Positions 7,374 to 16,221 of a stretch of 64,000 bases of DNA are shown in pieces. Both the position numbers and the translations under genes were made by a program. Position 1 is the stretch's first letter; every line of letters begins with the position of its first letter. This DNA comes from an uncultured Christensenella sp. (GTDB lineage: Bacteria > Bacillota > Clostridia > Christensenellales > UBA1242). Location of the stretch: assembly GCA_910584295.1 (NCBI GenBank), contig CAJTYR010000005.1, positions 24,904-88,903 of the forward strand, read 5' to 3'. The notes under the pieces were generated by a model. That model saw only the letters and a program-made list of their open reading frames with translations. It was not told the origin of the DNA and did no database searches.

Positions 7374-8468
7374 ATGATAACATATAAAATCAATACAACA
7401 AAACTAAAAGAAAATTATGAAATGTTTGCAGGCTTTGGACCTGTTTATTTTCCTATTAAAACAAATCACAACCCAATAATTTTAAAAGCACTTAAAAAAC
7501 TTGACTGCGGATTTGAAACTGACAGCATTGAACATATTAAAAAAGTTTATTCAAGAAAATCCGTTGACAAGATTATGTTTTCAAATGTTGCAAAATCTTA
7601 TGAGGATATTGCGTGGGCAATAAAGCATAAAATTTCTTATTATACAATTGATGATGAGAACTCACTTAAACAAATTATTGACTTAGCAATTAAACACAAA
7701 TTGCCAAAGCTGAAAATCAATGTAAGACTAAATGTATATGAGTGTTTTAAAGAAGAATTTGATAAAAAAGGTGCAACAGACTCTCGTCTTGGCGCGATTG
7801 TAAAAACTGCAACAAAACTTTTGAAAATTATTAACAAAGAAGATCGCATTAAAATAGAGAAAGGAATAAGTTTCTATATTCAAGCTGAAATTCACAATGA
7901 CGAAGATTGCTTGATAAAGATGTTGGAACACATAACAAAGTCTTTCAACAAAAATATAGGCATTGATTTCATCAACATTGGTGGTGGAGCAAATAAAGAA
8001 CGCTTGCTTGACACCATACCAACAATTGAAAAAACTCTTAAATATTTTGGTGCAAAATATATCGTCTTAGAGCCCGGAAGATTTATGGTTGGTGATGTTG
8101 AAGATGTTTATATCCCATGCGTTAGAGTTGTTGACAATTTGACACTTAAAACCGAAGTTGTGGCTTCGCTTGAACTTGGGATTTATAATGGCTTAATAGA
8201 TATGCAGCTTCACAAAAGACAATTTGAAATTTTTGCCTACAATGGCGAAAAATTGATAAAACTTGAAGAAGCAAACAACAATCAAAAACTCGTTTTGCGT
8301 GGACCAACCGCCGACTCTCTTGATGTAATTGGTATTTATTCTTTGCCAGACTGCAAGATTGACAACAAAACAATATTTGTTATAAAAAATGTTGGTGCTT
8401 ATGTTGAAGTTTTCAACTCTGCTTTCTCTGGGCAAGTTAAAACTTGTTTTGTTGAGGTGTGCCAATGA
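7374..8468 (+). CDS. Fold-type III PLP-dependent decarboxylase (Orn/DAP/Arg decarboxylase family)
   Basis: The PLP-lysine context YFPIKTNHNPIILKALKKLDCGFETDS resembles YAVKAN..P.IL..L...G.GFD.AS. Also INIGGGANK (glycine loop) and LEPGRFMVG. Confidence 0.7.
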   Translation: MITYKINTTKLKENYEMFAGFGPVYFPIKTNHNPIILKALKKLDCGFETDSIEHIKKVYSRKSVDKIMFSNVAKSYEDIAWAIKHKISYYTIDDENSLKQIIDLAIKHKLPKLKINVRLNVYECFKEEFDKKGATDSRLGAIVKTATKLLKIINKEDRIKIEKGISFYIQAEIHNDEDCLIKMLEHITKSFNKNIGIDFINIGGGANKERLLDTIPTIEKTLKYFGAKYIVLEPGRFMVGDVEDVYIPCVRVVDNLTLKTEVVASLELGIYNGLIDMQLHKRQFEIFAYNGEKLIKLEEANNNQKLVLRGPTADSLDVIGIYSLPDCKIDNKTIFVIKNVGAYVEVFNSAFSGQVKTCFVEVCQ

Positions 8469-9208
8469 AAAAACTTAAAACTTGGAAAGGATATAATTGG
8501 CTTGACTTGGCTTTGATACTTTCTGGCATTATTGCTGTGACTGTCACAGGAATTTTGTTTAAATCAGAATGGTTTATTATTGCAAACACTCTTTTGGGAT
8601 TGCTATGCGTTTTCACACAAGCCAAAGGAAAAATTGCCACGCAATTTATTGGTGTTGCTTACTTTTGTTTTTATATCTTCATCTGCTACACACAAAAGTT
8701 TTATGGCGAAGCACTTTTATATTTGATAATCATGCTGCCTATGTATATTTATGGTGTTATCCATTGGCTTACACATAGAGATAAGAAAGATAATGTTGTC
8801 ATTGTCAGAAGCAATCTTTCAAAAAAAGAGTGGTTGTTTTCATCTCTCGCTTTCGTTGGTGTTGGTGTTGCTGTTTTCTTTATTTTACGAGCACTGCAAA
8901 CAAATCAACTTGTGACAAATACTTTTTCATTTTTGTCAATGCTGCCCGCTGTTTATCTTTTAATCAGAAGATGTAAGTGGAATCAAGTTGCATTTTTGAT
9001 AAATGACTTTATCGTTCCTATTCTTTGGATTTTTCTTGTGGTGCAGGGAGACTTGTCTTTCATTCCAATGTGTATATATCATGTTTTTCAAATTGCTTAT
9101 GATGTATATGGTTTATTTGAGTGGATTAAACTTGAAAAGAAGCAAAAGCAAGAAATTGTCCTTAATCCACAAAATGATGAAGAAAACAATCAAAATCCGT
9201 CTATTTAG
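8465..9208 (+). CDS. pnuC: PnuC-family (nicotinamide riboside-type) transporter
   Basis: Multi-TM protein with the PnuC-like N-terminus WLDLALILSGIIAVTVTGILF...ANTLLGLLCVFTQAKGKIATQFIGV...FYGEALLYLIIMLPMYIYGVIHW. ATG 8465 overlaps the upstream stop (ATGA), and GAGGTG is the RBS. Confidence 0.65.
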   Translation: MKKLKTWKGYNWLDLALILSGIIAVTVTGILFKSEWFIIANTLLGLLCVFTQAKGKIATQFIGVAYFCFYIFICYTQKFYGEALLYLIIMLPMYIYGVIHWLTHRDKKDNVVIVRSNLSKKEWLFSSLAFVGVGVAVFFILRALQTNQLVTNTFSFLSMLPAVYLLIRRCKWNQVAFLINDFIVPILWIFLVVQGDLSFIPMCIYHVFQIAYDVYGLFEWIKLEKKQKQEIVLNPQNDEENNQNPSI

Positions 9209-9220
9209 GCGGATTTTTTA
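9192..9220 (+). terminator. Rho-independent terminator after pnuC
   Basis: AAAATCCG(9192-9199)...CGGATTTT(9210-9217) followed by a T-run. The pnuC stop codon lies in the loop. Confidence 0.6.
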
Positions 9221-9248
9221 TATTAAAATGGTGCAAAAAGCGAAGTTT

Positions 9249-9262
9249 TATGTTATAATGTC
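9249..9262 (+). promoter_or_regulatory. Extended -10 promoter element (TATGTTATAATGTC), copy 2
   Basis: The 14-mer is identical to 7331..7344, with the hexamer at 9254..9259, 15 nt upstream of the 9275 start. Confidence 0.5.
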
Positions 9263-9274
9263 TTTGAGGTTTAT

Positions 9275-10318
9275 ATGGATCTTCAAAATTTAGTAAATGA
9301 ATATATAAACAATCAGCTTTTGAAAGTTGATAATTTGTCAACTGAATTAAATGGAACAATGATTGATAGATTGTTTGCAAAGAAGTTTAGAAAATACTCT
9401 ATTGACCCACAAGTGAGAATTGATGTCGAAGCAAAATTGAACAATATCATCAGCAAAAAATTGCCTTTGACTTTTGTGCCAAGTTTTGGTGGATATAAGC
9501 ATTGGTGGAGTCCAACATATCCAACAATTGACCGGGCAGAGATTTTTAATATGAAATTTATGCTTGAATATCTTGCACCAATCTGTGCCAACTACACTGA
9601 CAACAAAAGCACAATCGAATATGAAAGCGAAGAAATTATTTTAAGTGAACTCAACAATGTTCCACAATCTGGACTGGACGAATACACAAATACTTTTAGA
9701 AAGGCTTTGGAGTTTTTCAACAAAAATCAAAAAGTTGTTGAAATGAAATTAAGTCTTGCAAGAGAACAATATAAAGACTATAACTTTGACAAACAAAAAT
9801 TGCTTAAACGTATTGAAGAAATGATGTCGGATTACACCGATCGTTTCAACAGTTATGCCCCAGACGATCAAGCAAGAAGAATACAAAAAGCAAGAACAAA
9901 TTTCAAACTTGACGGAGTTATTGATTATTCAAACTTGTCAGACGAAGAAAAGGAAGAACTTTACAAAAAGTCTCGAATATTAAACGAAGCCTTCTTGGAC
10001 GCCGATTATGAAGTGCGTGGCAATGATTTCTTTGAAAAAGAAAACAATATTCCACTGCTTTTCTCTTTCGGACTTGGACCGGGTGGAGAAGCTTGGCTAC
10101 ACATTGGATCAAGTAAATCTTCAATGACAGACTTTTGGGCAGGCACAGGAATTTTGGAAATAAGAGAAAATGGACAAATCATTGAAAGAATTTTGAGTAG
10201 GACTCAATTTGAAAATATTAAAGACAAACTTGTGAAAGTTGATGTTGAAAGTCCAATTTCAAACATTTGTTCCCCACTTTCTTACATCTATGTTTATGAA
10301 GGACAACTTAATTTCTAA
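9275..10318 (+). CDS. Hypothetical protein (347 aa), no recognisable motif
   Basis: Long ORF with GAGG RBS, first gene after the internal promoter copy. Coding is supported by length and tight packing with its neighbours. Confidence 0.6.
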   Translation: MDLQNLVNEYINNQLLKVDNLSTELNGTMIDRLFAKKFRKYSIDPQVRIDVEAKLNNIISKKLPLTFVPSFGGYKHWWSPTYPTIDRAEIFNMKFMLEYLAPICANYTDNKSTIEYESEEIILSELNNVPQSGLDEYTNTFRKALEFFNKNQKVVEMKLSLAREQYKDYNFDKQKLLKRIEEMMSDYTDRFNSYAPDDQARRIQKARTNFKLDGVIDYSNLSDEEKEELYKKSRILNEAFLDADYEVRGNDFFEKENNIPLLFSFGLGPGGEAWLHIGSSKSSMTDFWAGTGILEIRENGQIIERILSRTQFENIKDKLVKVDVESPISNICSPLSYIYVYEGQLNF

Positions 10319-10334
10319 TTTAAAGGAGTAAATT

Positions 10335-10763
10335 ATGATTTCAGAGGACAGAAAAAAACATATTTGGGCTGTTGCAAAATTCCTAAAAGAATACGCCATT
10401 TCACAAAATATGCCACAAAAAGATGTTGAAGAACTCTACACTCTTGGACTCTTGCATGACATAGGTTATGAATTTTTGGAAGAAAAAGATTACACGAAAC
10501 ATGAAATTTATGGTGGCAAACTTTTGAAAAAACAGGGTTATAAACATTGGAAGGAAGTATATTATCACGGCGTGGCAAACTGCAAATATCAAAGCAGATT
10601 GTTGGATTTGTTGAACTGGGCAGATATGAGAATTGACAGCAGTGGCAATGAAGTGTCATTAGACGGTCGCCTTGAAGAACTTTCCAAAAGGTATAATGTT
10701 CCTATAAAAGAACTTAATTCATACCCAATTGTTTGCGAGCTTAAAGCCAAAGGTTTTAAATAA
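10335..10763 (+). CDS. HD-domain (metal-dependent phosphohydrolase fold) protein
   Basis: 142 aa with H...LGLLHDIGY (the HD doublet) and a further His (YYHG). RBS AAAGGAG. Confidence 0.6.
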   Translation: MISEDRKKHIWAVAKFLKEYAISQNMPQKDVEELYTLGLLHDIGYEFLEEKDYTKHEIYGGKLLKKQGYKHWKEVYYHGVANCKYQSRLLDLLNWADMRIDSSGNEVSLDGRLEELSKRYNVPIKELNSYPIVCELKAKGFK

Positions 10764-10772
10764 GGAGTTAAT

Positions 10773-11501
10773 ATGAAAAAAGTTGCATTAGTCACAGGCA
10801 GCACAATGGGAATTGGACTTGCCACTGCCAAAAAATTGGCAAAGAAAAATATTGTCATTATCAACAGCAATAAAGCAGTTGACAAAGATTTTATTGAAAA
10901 AGAATTTGGTAAAAATGCGGAAGTTTATTTTTACAAAGCTGACATCTCAAACAAAGAAGATTTGACAAAGATGTGCGATTGGATTAAAAAGAAATTTGGT
11001 AGACTTGATTATCTTTCTGCACACGCAGGAATTATCCCTTTGCCATGTGGAATTGATGACATTACAGATGAAAATATCCACAAAACAATAGACACAAACT
11101 TGATTGGGACTTTCAACACGGTTAAAATTTTTGGAAATCTTATCAAAGAAACTGCAAAGAAAGGATCAATTGTTTGCACAACATCTGTTGACGGAATTAT
11201 TGGCGAGCCTTACGCTGTGATTTATTCCACAACAAAAGCAGGCATAATTTCACTCACAAAATCCTATGCAAGATATTTTGGCGAGAACATTCGTGTGAAC
11301 GCAGTTGCACCGGGACTTATCGACACCCCACTGACAGCAAGCTCTGGCGAAGATCCAAAAGCCACAACAGATTTTTCAATCATCAAACGCATGGGCAAGC
11401 CGGAAGAAATTGCCAACGCAATTGCTTTCTTGCTTTCCGATGAAGCAAGTTTTATAACCGGTCAAATTCTTGCAGTTGACGGTGGATTTACATTAAAGTA
11501 A
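10773..11501 (+). CDS. Short-chain dehydrogenase/reductase (FabG-like SDR)
   Basis: TGSTMGIGLATAKKLA (TGxxxGIG), NSN/AGI, the catalytic YSTTKAGIISLTK (YxxxK) and PGLIDTP. Confidence 0.85.
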   Translation: MKKVALVTGSTMGIGLATAKKLAKKNIVIINSNKAVDKDFIEKEFGKNAEVYFYKADISNKEDLTKMCDWIKKKFGRLDYLSAHAGIIPLPCGIDDITDENIHKTIDTNLIGTFNTVKIFGNLIKETAKKGSIVCTTSVDGIIGEPYAVIYSTTKAGIISLTKSYARYFGENIRVNAVAPGLIDTPLTASSGEDPKATTDFSIIKRMGKPEEIANAIAFLLSDEASFITGQILAVDGGFTLK

Positions 11502-11514
11502 AGGGAGAACATAA

Positions 11515-12618
11515 ATGAAAAAACTCAAAATTGGGATTATTGGAACAGGTGTTGGAATAAGGACACATTTGAAAGGATTTAGAACTGTTGAAAATGCAGA
11601 AGTTGTCGCAATCGCAGGTAGCTCACTTGCAAGAAGTAAAGAGTTTGCTGAAAAGTTTGAAATCCCCGTTGCTTGCGCTGATTATAAATAATTATGCGAC
11701 CGAGATGACATAAATCTCATTTGCATAACAACACCAAACAGATTTCATTTTGACATGGTGAAATATGCCCTTAAAAGTGGCAAACATATTCTTTGCGAAA
11801 AGCCACTGTCTGACGACAGCAAAGAAGTTAAAGAGTTGATTAAACTTTCAAAAGAATATGAGGCTCTAACTCTTGTTGACCACCAACTTAGATTTAATCC
11901 GTATATTCAAAAGATAAAAGATTTAATACAAAAAGATATTCTTGGGAAAGTCTATTTGGTTAAAATCAATCAACAGGGCTCTGGCTTTGCAAATGAGAAT
12001 GCAACTTGGTGTTGGAGTTTTGACGGATCACAAGGTGGTGGTGTTCGCTTGGCTATGGCTTCTCACTTGACTGATTTGTTGCAATATTGGTTTAATTCCC
12101 CAAAGCCAACAAGTGTTATGGGCTATCTCAATCCAATCACAAAAGAAAGAAAAGACACAAAAGGCAAAGTGAGAAAAGTGTCTGCAAGCACCATTTGCAA
12201 CGCAACAATAAACTTTGCTGATGAAATGCAGGCAATCTTTACAATCAATGCCGGATCTTACATGGAATCTCGTTTTGATATTCAAATATTTGGTGACAAA
12301 GGTGAAATCACTTTCTCTTTGCAAGACAAATTGAATTTGTATTTGCGTTCTAATGTTGGCGTTAAGCAGAAAGTTGAAGTTGAAGGAGTTTTTGACGATG
12401 AAAAAGAAAATAAAGCTTCAATATTTTCTGGCTCGTTTAGATATTTTGCACCAAAACTTATCAACTCTATTTTGAAAAATAAATATAAACCTATAAGCGA
12501 ATGTGCAAATTTTACAGACGCAGAATATAACTTGAAAATTTTGGACGCAATTAAAGAGTCCGCAAACACAGGTTTATCTGTGCAGATAAATAAACCTAAA
12601 ACAAATAAAAATGTTTAG
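11515..12618 (+). pseudogene. Gfo/Idh/MocA-family oxidoreductase interrupted by an in-frame TAA (11689..11691)
   Basis: My translation from ATG 11515 gives MKKLKIGIIGTGVGIRTHLKGF...EKFEIPVACADYK*LCDRDDINLICITTPNRFHFDMVKYALKSGKHILCEKPL. This is the Rossmann GxGxxG plus the EKP motif in one frame, with a stop where family members usually have E (DYKEL). Confidence 0.8.
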
Positions 12619-12634
12619 TCTTGCAGGAGTTTTA

Positions 12635-13561
12635 ATGGATATAAAACAAGAAATCAAAGAAAGAATTGAAAAAGCAAAGGCGCTCAAAAAGACAATCAGT
12701 TTTGAATGGTTTGAGCGATTTTTTGATATGCTTGAAAAGTCTGGTGTTAGTGATGAAATTATCCGTAAAACAATGGACTATGCACTAAGTGCTGACGGAC
12801 TTGAAAGAACAACAGCAAAAGGCAACAGTGAAGGTTTTTACAAAAACAAACAATCAGCACAAGCAATCAGCGGTTTTTTTGAATATATGAGAAACATGGC
12901 ACAAAACTATGGGCAAGAAAGATTTAAAGACTTTCTTGAAAACTCACTTTTGCAGATTGCTGATGAATATGAAGAATATAAACAAAATGGTTTTGGCAAG
13001 CGCACATCTTTGAAAAATCTATTTTTGAAACATCTTGTGCTTGAAAATCCAGAGGATGTTGTTTTTGAATATTTTGGAACGCCAATTGATAAACTTTCAG
13101 CAGATGAAGATTTAAGTTTGATTTATTTAAAAATCGCAGGAATGGAAATCGGAGATATAAAATTTCAAGAACAAAATGGAAATCCACCGGCAATACATTT
13201 CACAGATTTTCGCACACTAAACGGACTTGAAAAAATGGGTTTGGGCAGTCACCTATTCACTGAATTTTGCAAACAGATGACGGAACACAAAACTGGTTAT
13301 CCCGTGATTGCGTGGAATGTTATGAAAGGTCATGACGGAGAACAAGTTTATGCCAAATGGGGAGCCTATCCAATTATGGTTGGATGTGAAAACGATTTTT
13401 GGGAATATGACACAACGCCGCTAACACCAGAAGAAACTGATAAATTTTATGGCGATCACGGAAGATTGTTTTACTTTGCACCAGAAACAATTGAAAAATT
13501 GGCAACAAAGCAAAACACAAGATATGGGCAACAGAAACAAATTGAAGAAATAACTTTGTAA
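12635..13561 (+). CDS. Hypothetical protein; the C-terminal part may be GNAT-like
   Basis: I prefer ATG 12635 (GCAGGAG RBS) to the track start 12611. LEKMGLGSHLFTEF loosely resembles the acetyl-CoA motif R/Q-x-x-G-x-G/A. This is a weak call. Confidence 0.5.
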   Translation: MDIKQEIKERIEKAKALKKTISFEWFERFFDMLEKSGVSDEIIRKTMDYALSADGLERTTAKGNSEGFYKNKQSAQAISGFFEYMRNMAQNYGQERFKDFLENSLLQIADEYEEYKQNGFGKRTSLKNLFLKHLVLENPEDVVFEYFGTPIDKLSADEDLSLIYLKIAGMEIGDIKFQEQNGNPPAIHFTDFRTLNGLEKMGLGSHLFTEFCKQMTEHKTGYPVIAWNVMKGHDGEQVYAKWGAYPIMVGCENDFWEYDTTPLTPEETDKFYGDHGRLFYFAPETIEKLATKQNTRYGQQKQIEEITL

Positions 13562-13572
13562 AGAGGTAGAAT

Positions 13573-14673
13573 ATGAATTTAACTGAAATAAACAAAAACA
13601 TTGTGGACAGAAGTGACTTGTTTTATTGGCAAGCAGAAAGACGTGTCACAGTGCAAGAAGCTGCTGAAATTTGGAAAGATAGACATTCAGCTATTAAGAA
13701 TGACGAACTTTTAAAAAAGGTCAACAAAGTTCTTAAAAATGAAGTTTGTGTTTCCATTGACGAGGTTGACCCAGAAAAGCAAGAAGCAAATGGAAGCGTC
13801 AACTCAAATCGCATTGGATATTTGAAGAATGGTAAAAAGGTAATTATTCGCTGTCATCCACGTGGGTTGAGAAATGGTTATTTTTATGTGGAATCTCTTG
13901 CTGCCAATCTTTTAAGTGAAAATGGACTTTCAACCTACAAGACTTACGCAATACATGATTGTGAAAATGAAAATGATTGTGCCTTTCAAGTGATTGAAAG
14001 AATTGACGGACACAATATTGACAACTTTTTGCAAGAACATCCAGAATGTGAACAAAAACTTGTTTTTGAAATGGGTAAAACTATGGCGAAAATCCATAGA
14101 ATACAAGTTGACGGATTTGGTCCTTTTGACAATGAACTTGCCAAGAAAGGTGTTTTGAAAGGCATACACAAATCTTTTTACGATTCTGTTCTTGCAGGAC
14201 TTGACTTTGATTTAGACACTCTTGTTGAACATAAAATTTTGACAACAGCAAAAGCAAAAAAATATAAGCAGCTTTTCACAAACAGCAAAGATACACTTTC
14301 TTGCAAACAGGCTGTTTTGGTGCATAATGATTTTGCCGACTGGAATTTGCTGACAGACGGAAAAACAATCAATGGAGTTTTGGATTTTGACGAATGTGTT
14401 GGAAGTGACCCCGTGACTGATATTGCTTGTTGGAGCCTATTCTTTACACCAAGCAGATTGAAAATCTTTTTGGACGGATATTTCACAATTGCAAAACGCC
14501 CAGAAAACTTTGAACAAAAATTTCAATTGTTAAAATTAAGGTATTCCCTTTCAAAAATGACTTTAAGGACAAGACGCTATTTCTATGAGAAAAGCGACTT
14601 TATGAAGAAAATGATTGAAGTTGGAAAAGAGAGTTTGAAAGCAGGCGAAGATTATTTTGGACTTTCTAAATAA
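13573..14673 (+). CDS. APH/choline-kinase-fold phosphotransferase
   Basis: VLVHNDFADWNLL (HxDxxxxN catalytic loop) followed by GVLDFDE (DFD metal-binding motif). Confidence 0.7.
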   Translation: MNLTEINKNIVDRSDLFYWQAERRVTVQEAAEIWKDRHSAIKNDELLKKVNKVLKNEVCVSIDEVDPEKQEANGSVNSNRIGYLKNGKKVIIRCHPRGLRNGYFYVESLAANLLSENGLSTYKTYAIHDCENENDCAFQVIERIDGHNIDNFLQEHPECEQKLVFEMGKTMAKIHRIQVDGFGPFDNELAKKGVLKGIHKSFYDSVLAGLDFDLDTLVEHKILTTAKAKKYKQLFTNSKDTLSCKQAVLVHNDFADWNLLTDGKTINGVLDFDECVGSDPVTDIACWSLFFTPSRLKIFLDGYFTIAKRPENFEQKFQLLKLRYSLSKMTLRTRRYFYEKSDFMKKMIEVGKESLKAGEDYFGLSK

Positions 14674-14701
14674 AAAATTTAAAAATATTTTGTAAAAACA
14701 C

Positions 14702-14759
14702 TTGCATTATTTTTGCAGGTGTTTTATAATACTCTCATAAACATACGCTATGTATGTTT
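14702..14759 (+). promoter_or_regulatory. Promoter TTGCAT-17-TATAAT with a 21-bp palindromic operator immediately downstream
   Basis: -35 at 14702..14707 and -10 at 14725..14730, with a 17-nt spacer. AAACATAC-GCTAT-GTATGTTT lies at 14739..14759, and its AACAT/ATGTT half-sites recall Gram-positive LexA boxes. Confidence 0.6.
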
Positions 14760-14775
14760 AAGTGGGAGCCAAAAG

Positions 14776-15372
14776 ATGAAAGTAATCAGCGAAGAAAAAG
14801 TTGGATTGGTGCGAGACTTTATAAAAGATTTTCAACAAAAAGAAGGGAGAGCGCCTTCATTCAGACAAATTGCCAAAGGATGTAATTTCCCAAGCATACA
14901 AACAGCACAAAAGTATGTTGCCATTCTTCAAAGTCGTGGCGAAATCGAGAAAACAGATTCTGGCAAAATCGCAGTCCCTTTCAATCTGCAAAAAGGCCGA
15001 ACAATAATAGCCCCATTGGTCGGAAGTATTGCGTGTGGTCCCCAAATACTTGCAGTGCAGAACATTGAAGCCACTTATCAGCTTCCAACAGCTATTTTTG
15101 GTGATGAGCCAACAATGATATTGACCGCCAAAGGAAACAGCATGACCGGCGTTGGAATTTACGACGGTGATTTGATTGTTGCAAGCATTTGCAACGAAGC
15201 TAAAAATGGCGATGTTGTTGTTGCTTTAATTGACGACTCTGCAACTGTCAAAACTTACTACAAAAAGAATGGCAAACACATCTTACACCCCGAAAATCCA
15301 GAGTATGAAGATATTTTGCCAGAAAATCTTATTATACAGGGAATTGTAAAACACACAATACATAGTTTTTAG
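14776..15372 (+). CDS. LexA/SetR-like S24-peptidase repressor
   Basis: N-terminal winged HTH (PSFRQIAKGCNFPSIQTAQKYVAILQSRGEI), a cleavage-site region PLVGSIACGPQ, catalytic Ser in KGNSMTG and Lys in ATVKTY. Start moved to ATG 14776 (GGGAG RBS). Confidence 0.8.
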   Translation: MKVISEEKVGLVRDFIKDFQQKEGRAPSFRQIAKGCNFPSIQTAQKYVAILQSRGEIEKTDSGKIAVPFNLQKGRTIIAPLVGSIACGPQILAVQNIEATYQLPTAIFGDEPTMILTAKGNSMTGVGIYDGDLIVASICNEAKNGDVVVALIDDSATVKTYYKKNGKHILHPENPEYEDILPENLIIQGIVKHTIHSF

Positions 15373-15382
15373 GAGGCTTTAA

Positions 15383-15574
15383 ATGAAAACTATACACTAC
15401 TGTCCCAATTGCGGACGCTGCATAGGCGAAAGCACAACAACAGACGAAAGCTGCTTATGCAAAGTCCTTACAAAAGAGCCGGTGAAATTGAAGAAACATC
15501 AATTTGTTATGAAAAACACTTGTAAAAAATGTAAAACTGTCATCTTTGTGTCGTTAGAGTTTAAGAATAGTTAA
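15383..15574 (+). CDS. Small zinc-ribbon protein
   Basis: 63 aa with CPNCGRC near the N-terminus and CKKCK near the C-terminus. RBS TAGGAGG. Lies immediately after the repressor gene. Confidence 0.55.
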   Translation: MKTIHYCPNCGRCIGESTTTDESCLCKVLTKEPVKLKKHQFVMKNTCKKCKTVIFVSLEFKNS

Positions 15575-15678
15575 ATTTTAATAGTGGACCACAGAGTCCC
15601 AGACGTATGACAAAATATCCACATGGACCTTAATTGTCCGGATAACGAAATTTATCCTAAACATTTAAGGTTTTTTTA

Positions 15679-15710
15679 ATCCCGCATGTTTAGGCATGTG
15701 GGATTTTTTT
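15679..15710 (+). terminator. Rho-independent terminator
   Basis: ATCCCGCATG...CATGTGGGAT stem (one G-T pair) followed by TTTTTTT. Confidence 0.7.
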
Positions 15711-15870
15711 AATTTTAAAAAATCGAAACCATAATTTTGACCCATTTCTCAGTTATTACTTATGAAAGGATTTTTAAAGATTTTCTCAAAAACTTTTTTC
15801 AATGTGTCAGACATTGAAACATTGACTTTGCTAAGATAGCCACGAAATCAACAAAAGGAGGTAAATTGCG

Positions 15871-16221
15871 GTGCGAACTCGTTTTATACAAAATGACATT
15901 CTTGCTTTTCTACAAGATTATAAACAACACACAATGCAAGACATTTGCAACGAGTTGGAAATAAGTCGTTCCACATGCTTGCGACATTTGAACGATTTGT
16001 CTTTGCACTACAATATCCAGACTTTTGTTGGTGGAAGAAATACAGGTGGCGTGAAATTGATTGGCAAAAAGCAAATTGATGTGAACTTGACAGATGACGA
16101 ACTGCAACTCGTCATCAAGCAATTAGAGTCGTTGCAGGGCTCTAAAAATATTGAAGCTTTTGCAAATAAACTCGCTCGCCTAATTGAAAAGGAGCAAATA
16201 AATGAAAGTAAAATACTTTGA
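15871..16221 (+). CDS. Winged-helix DNA-binding protein (putative ICE regulator)
   Basis: GTG start after AAAGGAGG. ILAFLQDYKQHTMQDICNELEISRSTCLRHLNDL fits a wHTH pattern. Confidence 0.5.
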   Translation: MRTRFIQNDILAFLQDYKQHTMQDICNELEISRSTCLRHLNDLSLHYNIQTFVGGRNTGGVKLIGKKQIDVNLTDDELQLVIKQLESLQGSKNIEAFANKLARLIEKEQINESKIL

